31,200 nt of DNA from a virus. A model generated the notes under the pieces. The model was not told the origin of the DNA and made no database searches. It saw only the letters and a list, made by a program, of their open reading frames with translations. The translations under genes were made by a program, and so were the position numbers. The stretch covers positions 1 through 31,200 of the IMG/VR virus record IMGVR_UViG_3300045988_101844; one strand, written 5' to 3'. The first letter of the stretch is position 1. Every line of letters starts with the position of its first letter. Positions 9,426 through 19,020 of the stretch are shown in pieces.

Positions 9426-12038
9426 TTACTCTACAATTAAATATTGAGTATTTGGATCTTTACTTGAAATAGCATCATATTCAGATTGAGTTACCACAAG
9501 AATAGTATGAACTTGTGGTTGAGTTCCACTTCCATAAGTAACTGGATTAGAAACGCTCTCAATATCTATATTTCCACTACCTAACAAGCTTTCTCCATTA
9601 ACTGTCTTGATATTTGTTCCACTAACTAAAGTATCTTGTTTATTTCCTAATCCTGCATTTAATTCAGTTTCCGTAACATATTCATCAGGAATAGAAGTTA
9701 AAAATCCACTATCATTAGTAAGCTCAGATGTCTTAGTTGGTATACCTAAATCTGATAAACTCTTATTGCCAGATAACTCAACAGAATTAATCTGAGGTTT
9801 ATTTGTTAACTGAGTATAATCGGTAGTCCCTCCACTACCAGATATTTCAAGATTACCTTCTCCTAAAATACTTTCACCATTAATAGTCTTTATATTAGTC
9901 CCAGAGACTAATTGCTCCTGATAACTATGATAACTAGTATCTGCTGATACTCCAGTTGGAGTAATAGTAGTTTGAACTACAGTATGATTAGCTGTAGTAC
10001 TTTCAAAATGGAAAGTAGCTTGAATATTTTCTCCTGAAACAAAACATACTTCTGGAGCTGCTATATCACCATAACCTAGAATATTTACATAATAAAGCTC
10101 AAATGGTGTTTTATTAGCTATAGCATTCTTAACAGCAGCGAAATCTCCAGAAAGATGAGTAGTGGAATTTATAAATAGAAATGGAATATTAGAACCACTT
10201 TCAATTTCTATATTACCTTCTCCAAGTAAAGACTGACTATTGATTGTTTTGATATTAGTTCCACTTACAAGTAAATCTTGCTTAGTAGCCATCTCTTTAT
10301 CAAGAGAATCAATCTTATCTCCATCTTCTTCTTGTTTTGTTTTAATAATTGATATATCTGAAGTATTAGTTGCTACTTGAGTAGATAAAGATTCTACCAC
10401 AGAAGAATCAGCTTTACCAGCAAGTTCTGTTTTTGTTGCATAATCTCCTACAGGCTGTTTAGTAGCAAGCTGCTCATCAACATAAGTCTTATCTGCTTTA
10501 CCTGCTAAATCTCCAGAAACCTCTGTTTCAGTTACAAAGTTAGAATCATTAGTAAGCTCACTAACTTTAGTTGGAATATCACTCTTTAAAGCATAATCTC
10601 CTTTATCTTGTTTTGCATCAATCTTACTTTGTAAAGAAGATCTTAGAGTCTCAATTTCCTCATTAACTGAATCGTTAGTTGCATAATCACCAACTGGTTG
10701 GTATCCAGATAAATCTACAGATAACTGAGTCTTATCTTCATTAAAAGCTAATGGAGCTTGAGGAGCAAATACTCCTTGTTTTTCCTCAAGTTTGGCATCT
10801 ACTTCTTCTTTAGTATATCCTTTATTAGTAAGATCAACCTCAGTAACTTTAACAGTCATATTACCATTATTTACTAAGATTGCATTAATAACTACTAATA
10901 CACCATTATCTTGGAAATAATAACCATATAAATCAATAGTTTCGGGATGCTCAATAGTTGCAACAGGAATAACTATAATATCACCTTTATATGTAATCTG
11001 GCAGAATAAATAGAAGTCCAGATTAGTTCTAATAAAGTCATAGATATGTTTCTGTCTTACAGGATCATTCTCATCTAAATTAAGTAAGAAATGATTCTCA
11101 AAAGCAGAGATTACATTATCTATAATAGATATATTCTTTCCTGCTGTAAGCGTTTCCTGTTTTGAAGCTATCTCTTTATTAATAGCTGTATTTAAAGCAT
11201 CAATTTCAGCTTTGGTATATTTATCTGCTAATTGTGCATATAGAGGACCATTAACAATACCAGCTTGGTTAGTCTCTGTATTATATATTGGAAGTTCAAC
11301 TGCTTCTCCAGTTTGATTACCAAATACAGGAGCTAAAGTAACTTTAGATGGGACTGATTGAATATTAATGGCAGGTACGATTGAAGCTGCTCCAGATAAT
11401 TCAGTTCCATTTAAAGATGGTTTGTTACGAATAGTATTATAATCTGCGGAAATAGTATTCTCTTCAATTACTATACCGTCACCTTGGTTTAATTTATTCT
11501 GTTTAGAATTTAATGCACTTTCAGTAGCTTCTTTTGTAAGATAATTATCTTCAACTCATTTTTCAGTAGCATATCCATCTAAGCTACTAATAAACCCACT
11601 ATCATTAGTTAATTGTGAAGTTTTTGTTGGTATCTCAGATTTATCGGCTTTATTGGCAACTGCATCTGAAATTTCAGTTGTAACCTCTTCTTTAGTTGGA
11701 TAATCAGCTAATCGTTCAGTTATCTGATTATCAATATTTTCAGCACTTGGAATAGTACTCTTTATTTGCTCTAACTCAGAATTAATAGTAACAATATCTT
11801 CAGATGACGCTAATCCCAACTCTTCCGAAGTCATATTACCATTTAACTCAATACTATTGATCTCAGGTTTATCCTGAAGATCAAAATAGCTATTAGTAGC
11901 TAACTGAGAACCATCCATAACCTTAACTTCATCATCCTTGTCAATAACAATAACTTTAGTCACATTTGACTTATCTATTGTTTCGACTTCAAGGACATTA
12001 AGATAAGGAAGAATTGTCTTTTCAGTTTCGTTTGCCAT
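9426..12038 (-). CDS. long tail fibre protein A, 870 aa (code 4)
   Basis: Track ORFs 11556..12038 and 9426..10859 share a frame. I translated 10860..11555 codon by codon and found no stop and no Met, which is why the track shows nothing there. Single TGA at 11556-11558 (ATEK-W-VEDNYL). Repeated SELTNDSGF and LVSGTNIKTINGESLLGEGNIEI motifs. Confidence 0.8.
9558..10271 (-). repeat. three intragenic copies of a 24-aa fibre repeat (LVSGTNIKT[IV]N[GS][EQ]S[LI]LG[ES]GN[IL][ED]I)
   Basis: Copies at 10200..10271, 9840..9911 and 9558..9629 within fibre A. Conserved at the protein level and partly at the DNA level. Confidence 0.8.
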
Positions 12039-12039
12039 A

Positions 12040-12261
12040 TTATTTATTTTTATAAGATTCCTCTTGTTCTTTTAAATATCTTTCATTTGTTTCTGCATCA
12101 ATAACCCTATAAATAGATATATCAAAGGTTAAAGGGCAATATAAAATAGTTGATGCACTATACTCTTTAATATCATCACCTTCTTTATATGAGGTAATAA
12201 AATATCCTTCATCAGAGTATAACTTTATAAATATGCTAGTTTCAATATGTAAATGTTCCAT
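12040..12261 (-). CDS. small protein, paralog of 8263..8499, 73 aa
   Basis: Intact track ORF. The ATG shares a base with the upstream TAA (TAATG). Confidence 0.55.
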   Translation of the reverse strand: MEHLHIETSIFIKLYSDEGYFITSYKEGDDIKEYSASTILYCPLTFDISIYRVIDAETNERYLKEQEESYKNK

Positions 12262-13355
12262 TATGCTAATATCCAGTTTTTATTAGTAGCTATTGCTTTC
12301 TGTTCATCTGATAATTTTGCCAGATTATTTGCTCCTAAATTTAAAGTCTTACTATCCTCTCCAGTTAAATCAACTAAAGCATTAATTACAGATAATAATG
12401 ATTCTAGGGTTAAATCACTATGTAACCATAATCCCGCTCTTAACTCTCCTTCTATAGTTAGATTAGTTAACATTGAAGCACCTGCAAATATACCACTATA
12501 CTCTTGTTCTTGTTCACTATAACTAGATATATTTATAGTAGCATCAGTTAAAGAAGTGCAGTTAGTAAACATATAACCAGCACTATGAAGTGAGCTTAAA
12601 TTGGATTTAAATGTTCTTAAATTATAACAGCCAGAAAACATCTCTGTTGCATCACCAACATTTGGAAGATCAATCTCAAAAGATGTTAGATTAGAATTTG
12701 TGCATTTATGAGATGCATCAACTAAATTTTCCCAACCTACAACATTTGCAGGAACTTCTGCAGCAGTAAAATAAGCTAAGTTAACTACAGCTTGTGTAAT
12801 ATCATAAGTTGAAGAAGTTGGCACATTAACAATTACATCAATAAACTCCATATAATCATATCCATCTGCAGGATGAATCATTGTAGTTCCATTCTCTGTA
12901 ATAGTAACTTCTCTATGCTCCTCAACTGGAATCTCTACATCTACTTCAATACTTGATAAACCTTGATAGCCAGCATCAGGTTTAACTTCAGTCATTGATA
13001 GGTTTTTATCTATTGTTATATGTTTCTCTTGTAAAGTAGGAGTTGGTACTGGAACATTTATTTGTGCAGAAACCTTCTCCATAACATCATAATCTGGATC
13101 AGGTAAAATATCTATTAATCCGTTAGATGTAATTGTAATCTCTTTAGTAGCTTGTACTGTAGGAACAACAACATCAACAGATACATTTACTTTCGACATA
13201 CCATCATAACCCTCATCTGGAGTTACAACGAACTCAGCATTCTGAGTATATTCTACAGACTTCTCCTGTAATTTACATTCTTGAGCAGCTAAAGCTTCAA
13301 TATCTCTTGAAGTTGTATTCTTTGCTACTTCTGGTGTTGTATATTTAATAGCCAT
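12261..13355 (-). CDS. BspA/DUF285-like leucine-rich-repeat tail protein, paralog A, with N-terminal Ig-like repeats, 364 aa
   Basis: Intact track ORF. About four repeats of the pattern P..GYDG.S.V.V.V.VP, then ATEMFSGCYNLRTFKSNLSSLHSAGYMFTNCTSLTD (DUF285/BspA-like LRR). C-terminus LSDEQKAIATNKNWILA. No TGA codons. Confidence 0.75.
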   Translation of the reverse strand: MAIKYTTPEVAKNTTSRDIEALAAQECKLQEKSVEYTQNAEFVVTPDEGYDGMSKVNVSVDVVVPTVQATKEITITSNGLIDILPDPDYDVMEKVSAQINVPVPTPTLQEKHITIDKNLSMTEVKPDAGYQGLSSIEVDVEIPVEEHREVTITENGTTMIHPADGYDYMEFIDVIVNVPTSSTYDITQAVVNLAYFTAAEVPANVVGWENLVDASHKCTNSNLTSFEIDLPNVGDATEMFSGCYNLRTFKSNLSSLHSAGYMFTNCTSLTDATINISSYSEQEQEYSGIFAGASMLTNLTIEGELRAGLWLHSDLTLESLLSVINALVDLTGEDSKTLNLGANNLAKLSDEQKAIATNKNWILA

Positions 13356-13361
13356 TTTCTA

Positions 13362-13370
13362 TAAAATATA
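13362..13370 (-). promoter_or_regulatory. TATATTTTA motif (candidate phage promoter element)
   Basis: The minus strand reads TATATTTTAT, 6 nt upstream of ATG 13355 and just after terminator 13392..13428. Confidence 0.3.
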
Positions 13371-13391
13371 AATAGTTAATTATCTGTCCAT

Positions 13392-13428
13392 AAACAAAAT
13401 AAGGGGCAAGTAAATTAATACTCGCCCC
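13392..13428 (-). terminator. rho-independent terminator after the capsid module
   Basis: Stem ggggcaagta (13403-13412) pairs with tactcgcccc (13419-13428), with one mismatch and a 6-nt loop. The minus strand continues ttattttgttt. Confidence 0.7.
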
Positions 13429-13438
13429 TCTTCTGTTG

Positions 13439-13963
13439 TTAAGCACCTACAACACTTTGAATAGCTTCAGCACTCAACTCATAAGGATATGATTCAGAGT
13501 CAGTAGCTAAAGTCAGCGTATAAGCGTTCTGATCACCTTTTGCAGTACCAGTAACACCCGTACCAGCGGAAGCGCTTACATAGTCATCTTTTCCTAAGAA
13601 CCAGTATTTGCCATTAGAATCTTCTACAACAACTACAAGTTGTCCAATAGAAAGAGCAGCAATCTCGATTCTTTTCTTAGTCTCCATCTTTGTAAATACA
13701 AGAGCAAGCTCATTACTTACATAGTTGGTTCCTGCAGTTTCGTCAACGTTCAATGTTGAGGTTAGAGAACCAGTACCTTTGCGGAATTGGTAATTATACC
13801 ATTTAGCATCTGATTCAAGAGTAATAGCTGAGATTTGATTAGTCTCATCATCTACAGTTACACTCTTAACATTATCGTACTGAGTAATCCATACCTGTTT
13901 GATACCACCAAGCGAAGATTCGCAATCCAGGGTAATACCAGCGATAGTTATTAAACAAGCCAT
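13439..13963 (-). CDS. beta-rich virion protein, 174 aa (possible tail-tube-like or head decoration protein)
   Basis: Intact track ORF directly downstream of the major capsid gene. Higher GC than its surroundings and no TGA. The tube-like impression (SNGKYWFLGKDD...GTGVTGTAKGDQNAYTLTL) is weak. Confidence 0.6.
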   Translation of the reverse strand: MACLITIAGITLDCESSLGGIKQVWITQYDNVKSVTVDDETNQISAITLESDAKWYNYQFRKGTGSLTSTLNVDETAGTNYVSNELALVFTKMETKKRIEIAALSIGQLVVVVEDSNGKYWFLGKDDYVSASAGTGVTGTAKGDQNAYTLTLATDSESYPYELSAEAIQSVVGA

Positions 13964-14001
13964 ATAATTTCAATCTTATTTAAAGTTAAACTCTATTGAA
14001 A

Positions 14002-14907
14002 TTAGGCTTTGGCACCAAGAACTACCTCATCAGGGAATGCAACCTGTACGCCAGCGTTAAATTCAATAGCTAATCTAAATTCGCGGAAATCTTGTGAATA
14101 CCACAATTCAAACTTCTCTTCATCGTTCATCATATCGCAACCATAGAAGAAGTTCTTATCTAACTGACCAGCAACAATCTTATCAGTTCCATTAAGACCA
14201 TTAACAGCGATTACTTTAACCTGCGAACCAGGAAGCATAATCTCACCATTAAGATTCTCACCACTATAGTGGTAGTAGTTCTTAGCAACTAACTCCTGGA
14301 TAAATTTACGGAAAGTATCACTGCCAACTAAGATAGAAGCACCATCCAGAACCTTCTCAGGAATAGCGTTATAAACAGTCATAATGTCATCATAAGCAGA
14401 TGCTCCAGTAATTACTACATCAACAACCCCATCAGCAGCACCAAGGATCTTTAACAGACCATCAAAATACTTCAGGTTATTTGTTCCAGAAGCAGTATCA
14501 CCCTGCCAAATAGCAGTCTCAATAGCAGCCTTAACATTCTCAACTACTGCATTTACGAAATCCTCTTCAAAAGGAAGCGTCTTCTGACCAGCAGCTACTC
14601 GTACTTGATACTGAGTCCAGTATTTAAGCATCTCTTTATCACAATATGCCATATTGATCTTAATATTACCAGTAGCTAGAATTCTCTGAGAAAGAGTCTG
14701 AGTTCCAGCTTCATCCCAACCACAAGCTAGGCCATCGCCAAACTGAATAGCAGTTGATAACAGGTTAAGAGCAGCACTAGTTTTGATGTCAGTTTGAAGA
14801 TTGAACAACGAAGCACTCTTAGCCTTTAATACAGCCTCTTTAATAAGAGGAAGACGTCTCTGCTCTACATAAGCAGTAAGACTAGTCATTACAGGACTAT
14901 TTGCCAT
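14002..14907 (-). CDS. major capsid protein (HK97-fold family), 301 aa
   Basis: Intact track ORF. Capsid-like features include ETAIWQGDTASGTNNLKYFDGLL and the position after scaffold and protease. All four Trp are TGG. Confidence 0.85.
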   Translation of the reverse strand: MANSPVMTSLTAYVEQRRLPLIKEAVLKAKSASLFNLQTDIKTSAALNLLSTAIQFGDGLACGWDEAGTQTLSQRILATGNIKINMAYCDKEMLKYWTQYQVRVAAGQKTLPFEEDFVNAVVENVKAAIETAIWQGDTASGTNNLKYFDGLLKILGAADGVVDVVITGASAYDDIMTVYNAIPEKVLDGASILVGSDTFRKFIQELVAKNYYHYSGENLNGEIMLPGSQVKVIAVNGLNGTDKIVAGQLDKNFFYGCDMMNDEEKFELWYSQDFREFRLAIEFNAGVQVAFPDEVVLGAKA

Positions 14908-14929
14908 AATTTTATAAATAATTTAATAA

Positions 14930-15532
14930 TTAACCAATAAAGTTTTTAAGCTTTTTATCAATAACAGGATTGCCAGTCATTATTGAAGCTTTACCTTCTA
15001 TCTGTTCCTCAGCTGAAAATGCAGCACTCATTTTGCTCATCTTTTCAACCGTCTTTTCTGTAGCTTCAGATTTACCCTCTAATTCAGCTACTTTCTTAAC
15101 AAGCTTATCAACAATGTCATAAAGCTCATTAATTTCGCGATGAATTGCATCAATTGCATCAGTTACAGTTTCTTTGTCACCATCAGTAGCTACTTCAGGA
15201 TCAACTGACTCTTCAGCAGTTTCTACCTTGCGTTTTCCACAAGCAGCATCAACTTCTGCTTTAGCTGCTTCTTCTGGATCAACCTCAGCTTTAGGATCAG
15301 TTACAGACTCTACTTTACCGTCTTTAACAACAATCGTCTTTCCATCCTCAGTTACATACTCACCATCCTCAGCAGGTTTGTATTCTCCGTTCTCATCCTG
15401 AACATATACATCCATACCAGCGCGTAAGTCTTCATCTGAATCCCAAGTAAGTACTGCCTTATCAGTTTTAATATCACTGAACTTTGCAAGCATTTTAGCC
15501 AATTCAAGCTTGATTCTTGTGAATTTGCTCAT
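14930..15532 (-). CDS. scaffolding-like protein, 200 aa
   Basis: Intact track ORF. Acidic, with a helical/coiled C-terminus (INELYDIVDKLVKKVAELEGK). Lies between the protease-like and capsid genes. Confidence 0.6.
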   Translation of the reverse strand: MSKFTRIKLELAKMLAKFSDIKTDKAVLTWDSDEDLRAGMDVYVQDENGEYKPAEDGEYVTEDGKTIVVKDGKVESVTDPKAEVDPEEAAKAEVDAACGKRKVETAEESVDPEVATDGDKETVTDAIDAIHREINELYDIVDKLVKKVAELEGKSEATEKTVEKMSKMSAAFSAEEQIEGKASIMTGNPVIDKKLKNFIG

Positions 15533-15545
15533 TTAATTAATAATT

Positions 15546-16139
15546 TTAATGTTTAACTCTTTTTATCTTCTTAATCATATTAAGGATCTCTTTTATTTCG
15601 TCATATTCATCAGACTTTCTCTCTAAAGTAAATAAACCTTCAATTGAGAACCCTTTAAACTTACCAGCTTTAATTGCATCTCAAATAACTTGATTATCTA
15701 CTTTATAAGTGGCAAATAAAGAACCATCAGGAACATCCTGGAATTCAACTGGAGATATTCCTCTATTAATATCCTTTACATAGATTTCTTGTAGAGTAAT
15801 TCCATTTAAATCAGAATCTTCTAAATGTTCAATATTTACATCTGTAGTTCTCTTATCATACAGCATCTTCTCTGCCATTTTACGAAGAGTTTCCTTATCA
15901 TACTGTATGTAGTATTCTCCGAGTTTCTCATCTCGTCTGAAAATTGGAGTATCACTTAACATTAAGCAAGATGTTACTAAATGCTTATCTTCATCCATCG
16001 AGAACTTCTGAGAATTACTAAAAGCAACCCAGTTAACTTGTGTAGCTGGTTTACTTGTTAAAGCAACATATTCTATTCCATCACAATCATCAGTAATCAC
16101 TGCCTGAAATAATGGAAGATCATTATAAGTAATTTCCAT
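15546..16139 (-). CDS. XkdF-like (peptidase S78_2-type) putative prohead protease, 197 aa (code 4)
   Basis: Track ORF 15681..16139 ends at TGA 15681-15683. Read-through gives DNQVI-W-DAIKAGKFKGFSIEGLF..., the conserved XkdF C-terminal motif. TAA at 15546-15548. Confidence 0.7.
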
Positions 16140-16192
16140 TTTTATTAATATATAGCACTTTATAAATTTGTAATATTTTTAGAATATCTAAT

Positions 16193-16240
16193 GTAACCTT
16201 TTTACTCATATTTTGTAGTTAATAAGAATAAAAAAGTTAC
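16193..16240. repeat. 48-nt intergenic element, copy B (inverted relative to copy A at 25121..25168)
   Basis: gtaacctttttactcatattttgtagttaataagaataaaaaagttac. Its reverse complement matches copy A at the first 13 and last 21 positions. The ends form a 13-bp imperfect inverted repeat. Confidence 0.8.
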
Positions 16241-16251
16241 ACTAAATATTT

Positions 16252-19020
16252 TTAGAATGAAGCATTAGATTCAGTAACTGCTACCTTAGTTTGAGCTGAA
16301 GTAATGTCAGATTCAACAACATAACACTTAACAGGTTCATTTAAAAGGTCAGTTTCTTTATCTCCAAGTAAGTTTCGAGTATATTCAACAGGAGCTGTAT
16401 TTAAAGCAGCTGGTGCTGCCACTGCTGCAGATGCTCCACTCACTCCACTTGCACCTGATTCATCTACTTCTCAAATCTTTTTAACATTTGCAATACCTGC
16501 AACTACTGCGGCTGCAGCTGCAGCAATACCTAAAGCAGGACCTACAATAGGAATTCCTGCCATAGCAGAGTATGCGCTATTTGCTGCTGAATAAGTGTCA
16601 ATTAATGCTTGAGCAGTAGCAAATCCTTTACCTACTTTACTTTCCTCTCCTCAAATACTTGCCATACTTCCAGCAATACTAGAAGCTACAGATAAAGTAC
16701 TTTGTAAAGCTTGCTGCCTTGCTTTTTGAAGATTTTGATAAGCCTGAGTATTTGCCTGTTCATTAGCTAATTGAGCATCTGATAAGGCCATATTATTCTC
16801 AGTAAGAGTTCTTTGAATTTCCTCTTTTTGTTCAGCAGTTAATTGTTCATTCATTAATTGCTGACTTAATAAGGCATTCTCTTGCTCTATTCTACCTTGA
16901 GTTAATGAGAGTAAGTTGTTATTGTATTCAATTTGAGCATTGTATTGATTCTCTAAGTCCTCTCTACTCTGATATGTAAATTTATAACCAGTCCCTTCAT
17001 AATCTCCAGCCAATCCAAATGCTTTCGATATACCTTGAGTATAAGTAGTCTGAAAGGTCTGCTCTCTTGGCTCTCTCAAATTACTTGTAGAAGATAAATC
17101 TCTAATCCTTTTTAATTCAGACTGTAGATCATTCCAAGCTTTATCTGCATCTGCTTTACGCTTAGCTTCTTCATCAGCTCTAGCTTTATCTCTAATCTTT
17201 TTAAGTTCTTCCTGATGCCAAGCTTCTACCTCTTCAATTCCCCTATTATACTTAATAGCTAATGCTAATAGTCTAATATATTCATCTTCAAGTTCATCTA
17301 CTGGGTCTTTATCCTCTAATCTCTTTTGAAGCCATTCATCAAATTCATTTATTACCTTCTTAGCTTCAGTAGTGTTCTTTGTAATAGTTGGAATATTAAA
17401 GAACCCACCATACTTTTTATTAGTATCTGCTACATCCTCAAATAGCTTTTTAAGCCTTTTCTCAATGTCTTTATTTAAATCATCCAACTGTTTATAAGTA
17501 TTCTCTTTATTTTGCTTTGTGTACTCATAAATTGTATTTGAATAATCTTTTCAGAACATTGCTGTAGCTTTAAAAGCCTGCCAAGCAGATGCCTCTCCAA
17601 AACTTGTATCAGAAATTTGATTCTCCAGTTCAGTACGTTTATTTAAATACTCCTCATAAAGCTTAATTGCAGCCTGTTCAATAGCCTGAGCTTTTGCTCT
17701 TGCAGTTAATGCTTCTACATAATTACCAGTATTATTTACAAACGCATCTTCTGCAGTCTTTACATCAGTGATATTTAAACCAGTCTCTTTAATCTTATCT
17801 GAATATTGCTCTATAAACTTACGCTTAGCATCTGCAGAATCTCCAACCCTTTCGTAAGCTATTTGTAACTCTCTAAAGATAGCTATAGATTTAGAAGCAA
17901 TCTGATTAGTAGTATCTGTAATAGACTTTCTAAATTCAGCAGCCTCCTTTTCAGCTGATTTTATTGAGGATATATACTCTATTATCTTATTAATAGCTAA
18001 TCCAATAGCTGTAGCTAATGCAATTCATACAGTTACATTACCAATAGTTTTAAGTGCAGTTTTAACTTTACCTACTCCAGAAGCAGCTTGTTCTGAAGCT
18101 TCAGCCATTGCTTTCTGAGCCTCTGCCCCTTTTCGCAAAGTTGGAATGCCTTTTTCTACATTTTCCTTTAATTCAGCAAGATCTACACCTAAACGTTTAG
18201 CAGCTTTCTGCATTCTCTCTGCTGGAGTTCCAGTCTCTTTTGCTGCTTCCTTTAAAAATTCAGCAACTGTAGTAAATGTAGGTTTTACTTCTTCAAAGGA
18301 CTTTTTTGCAGTTTCTCCTAATTTACCTATAATCGGAATCGTATTAGATACACTCTTATTAGTAGCAGATATTTCAGCAGGAGTGCCCATTACTCCTTGA
18401 ATCATACCTCCTTTAAAATTAATATTGGTGCCTTCTAAATCCTTGACTACTTTAGAGATATTACCTAATTCAGTTCCAACATTACCAACAGATGTGCCAA
18501 TGCCATTAAGCTTAGATGCATCAATCTGATTAAGATTTTTGGCAGCATTATTCAACCCTGTATTAAATGGAGAGATAAAATCAGTTAATTTCTTAAACCA
18601 ATTACCTAAAGTAGGCAATTCTTCTAATAAATCTTTTATACCTCCCACACCTTGTACTAATGCAATAGATGACTGTAACTTAACCATTACTTTAGTTAAA
18701 TCTTCAGATTCTTTCCCAAATAAAGTAATGGCAGCTGTTGCAGCTCCATATCCACTGGCCAAACCAGTGGATATTTTAGCTACACTTTCAAACCTTTGAG
18801 CAGTAGTTCTTGAAGATCTTGCTATCTGCTCATTAATTTTATTGAATTCTGATTGTCTCTTACCAAGTAATGAAAGAGTTTCATTATATTCCTTAGTACC
18901 AATCTCTAAATCATTCAGCGAATTAGTTAATGCATCAATATCTTTCTTTAAAGAGTTTATTGACTTATTACTTGACTTAGTATCAATACTAATAACCTTT
19001 TTAATTTCTGTTTGTGCCAT
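16252..19020 (-). CDS. tape-measure-like protein, 922 aa (code 4)
   Basis: Track ORFs 18025..19020, 16651..17487 and 16252..16443 share one frame. In-frame TGA at 18025, 17551, 16651 and 16471. I translated all gaps and found no TAA/TAG. Long helical regions and an Ala/Gly-rich hydrophobic segment (GIPIVGPALGIAAAAAAVVAGIANVKKI). Confidence 0.8.

Noticed and set aside
12253-12522. Plus-strand track ORF of 89 aa. The same applies to 9607..9795 (+), 1883..2080 (+), 319..579 (-) and 8701..8883 (-, alternative frame).
   Set aside because: All lie inside, and antisense or out of frame to, much longer genes with recognisable motifs. None has independent support.
15174-15401. Plus-strand track ORF of 75 aa, rich in Ser/Thr/Ala.
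   Set aside because: It is the antisense shadow of the acidic scaffold gene 14930..15532.
16193-16240. The 48-nt element might be a host-type promoter (it contains CATATTTGG / ATATTTTG).
   Set aside because: Neither copy matches TAnnTTTG exactly, no -33 TTTG lies at 19-21 nt, and the two copies face opposite directions relative to the genes. I kept it as an unexplained conserved element instead.
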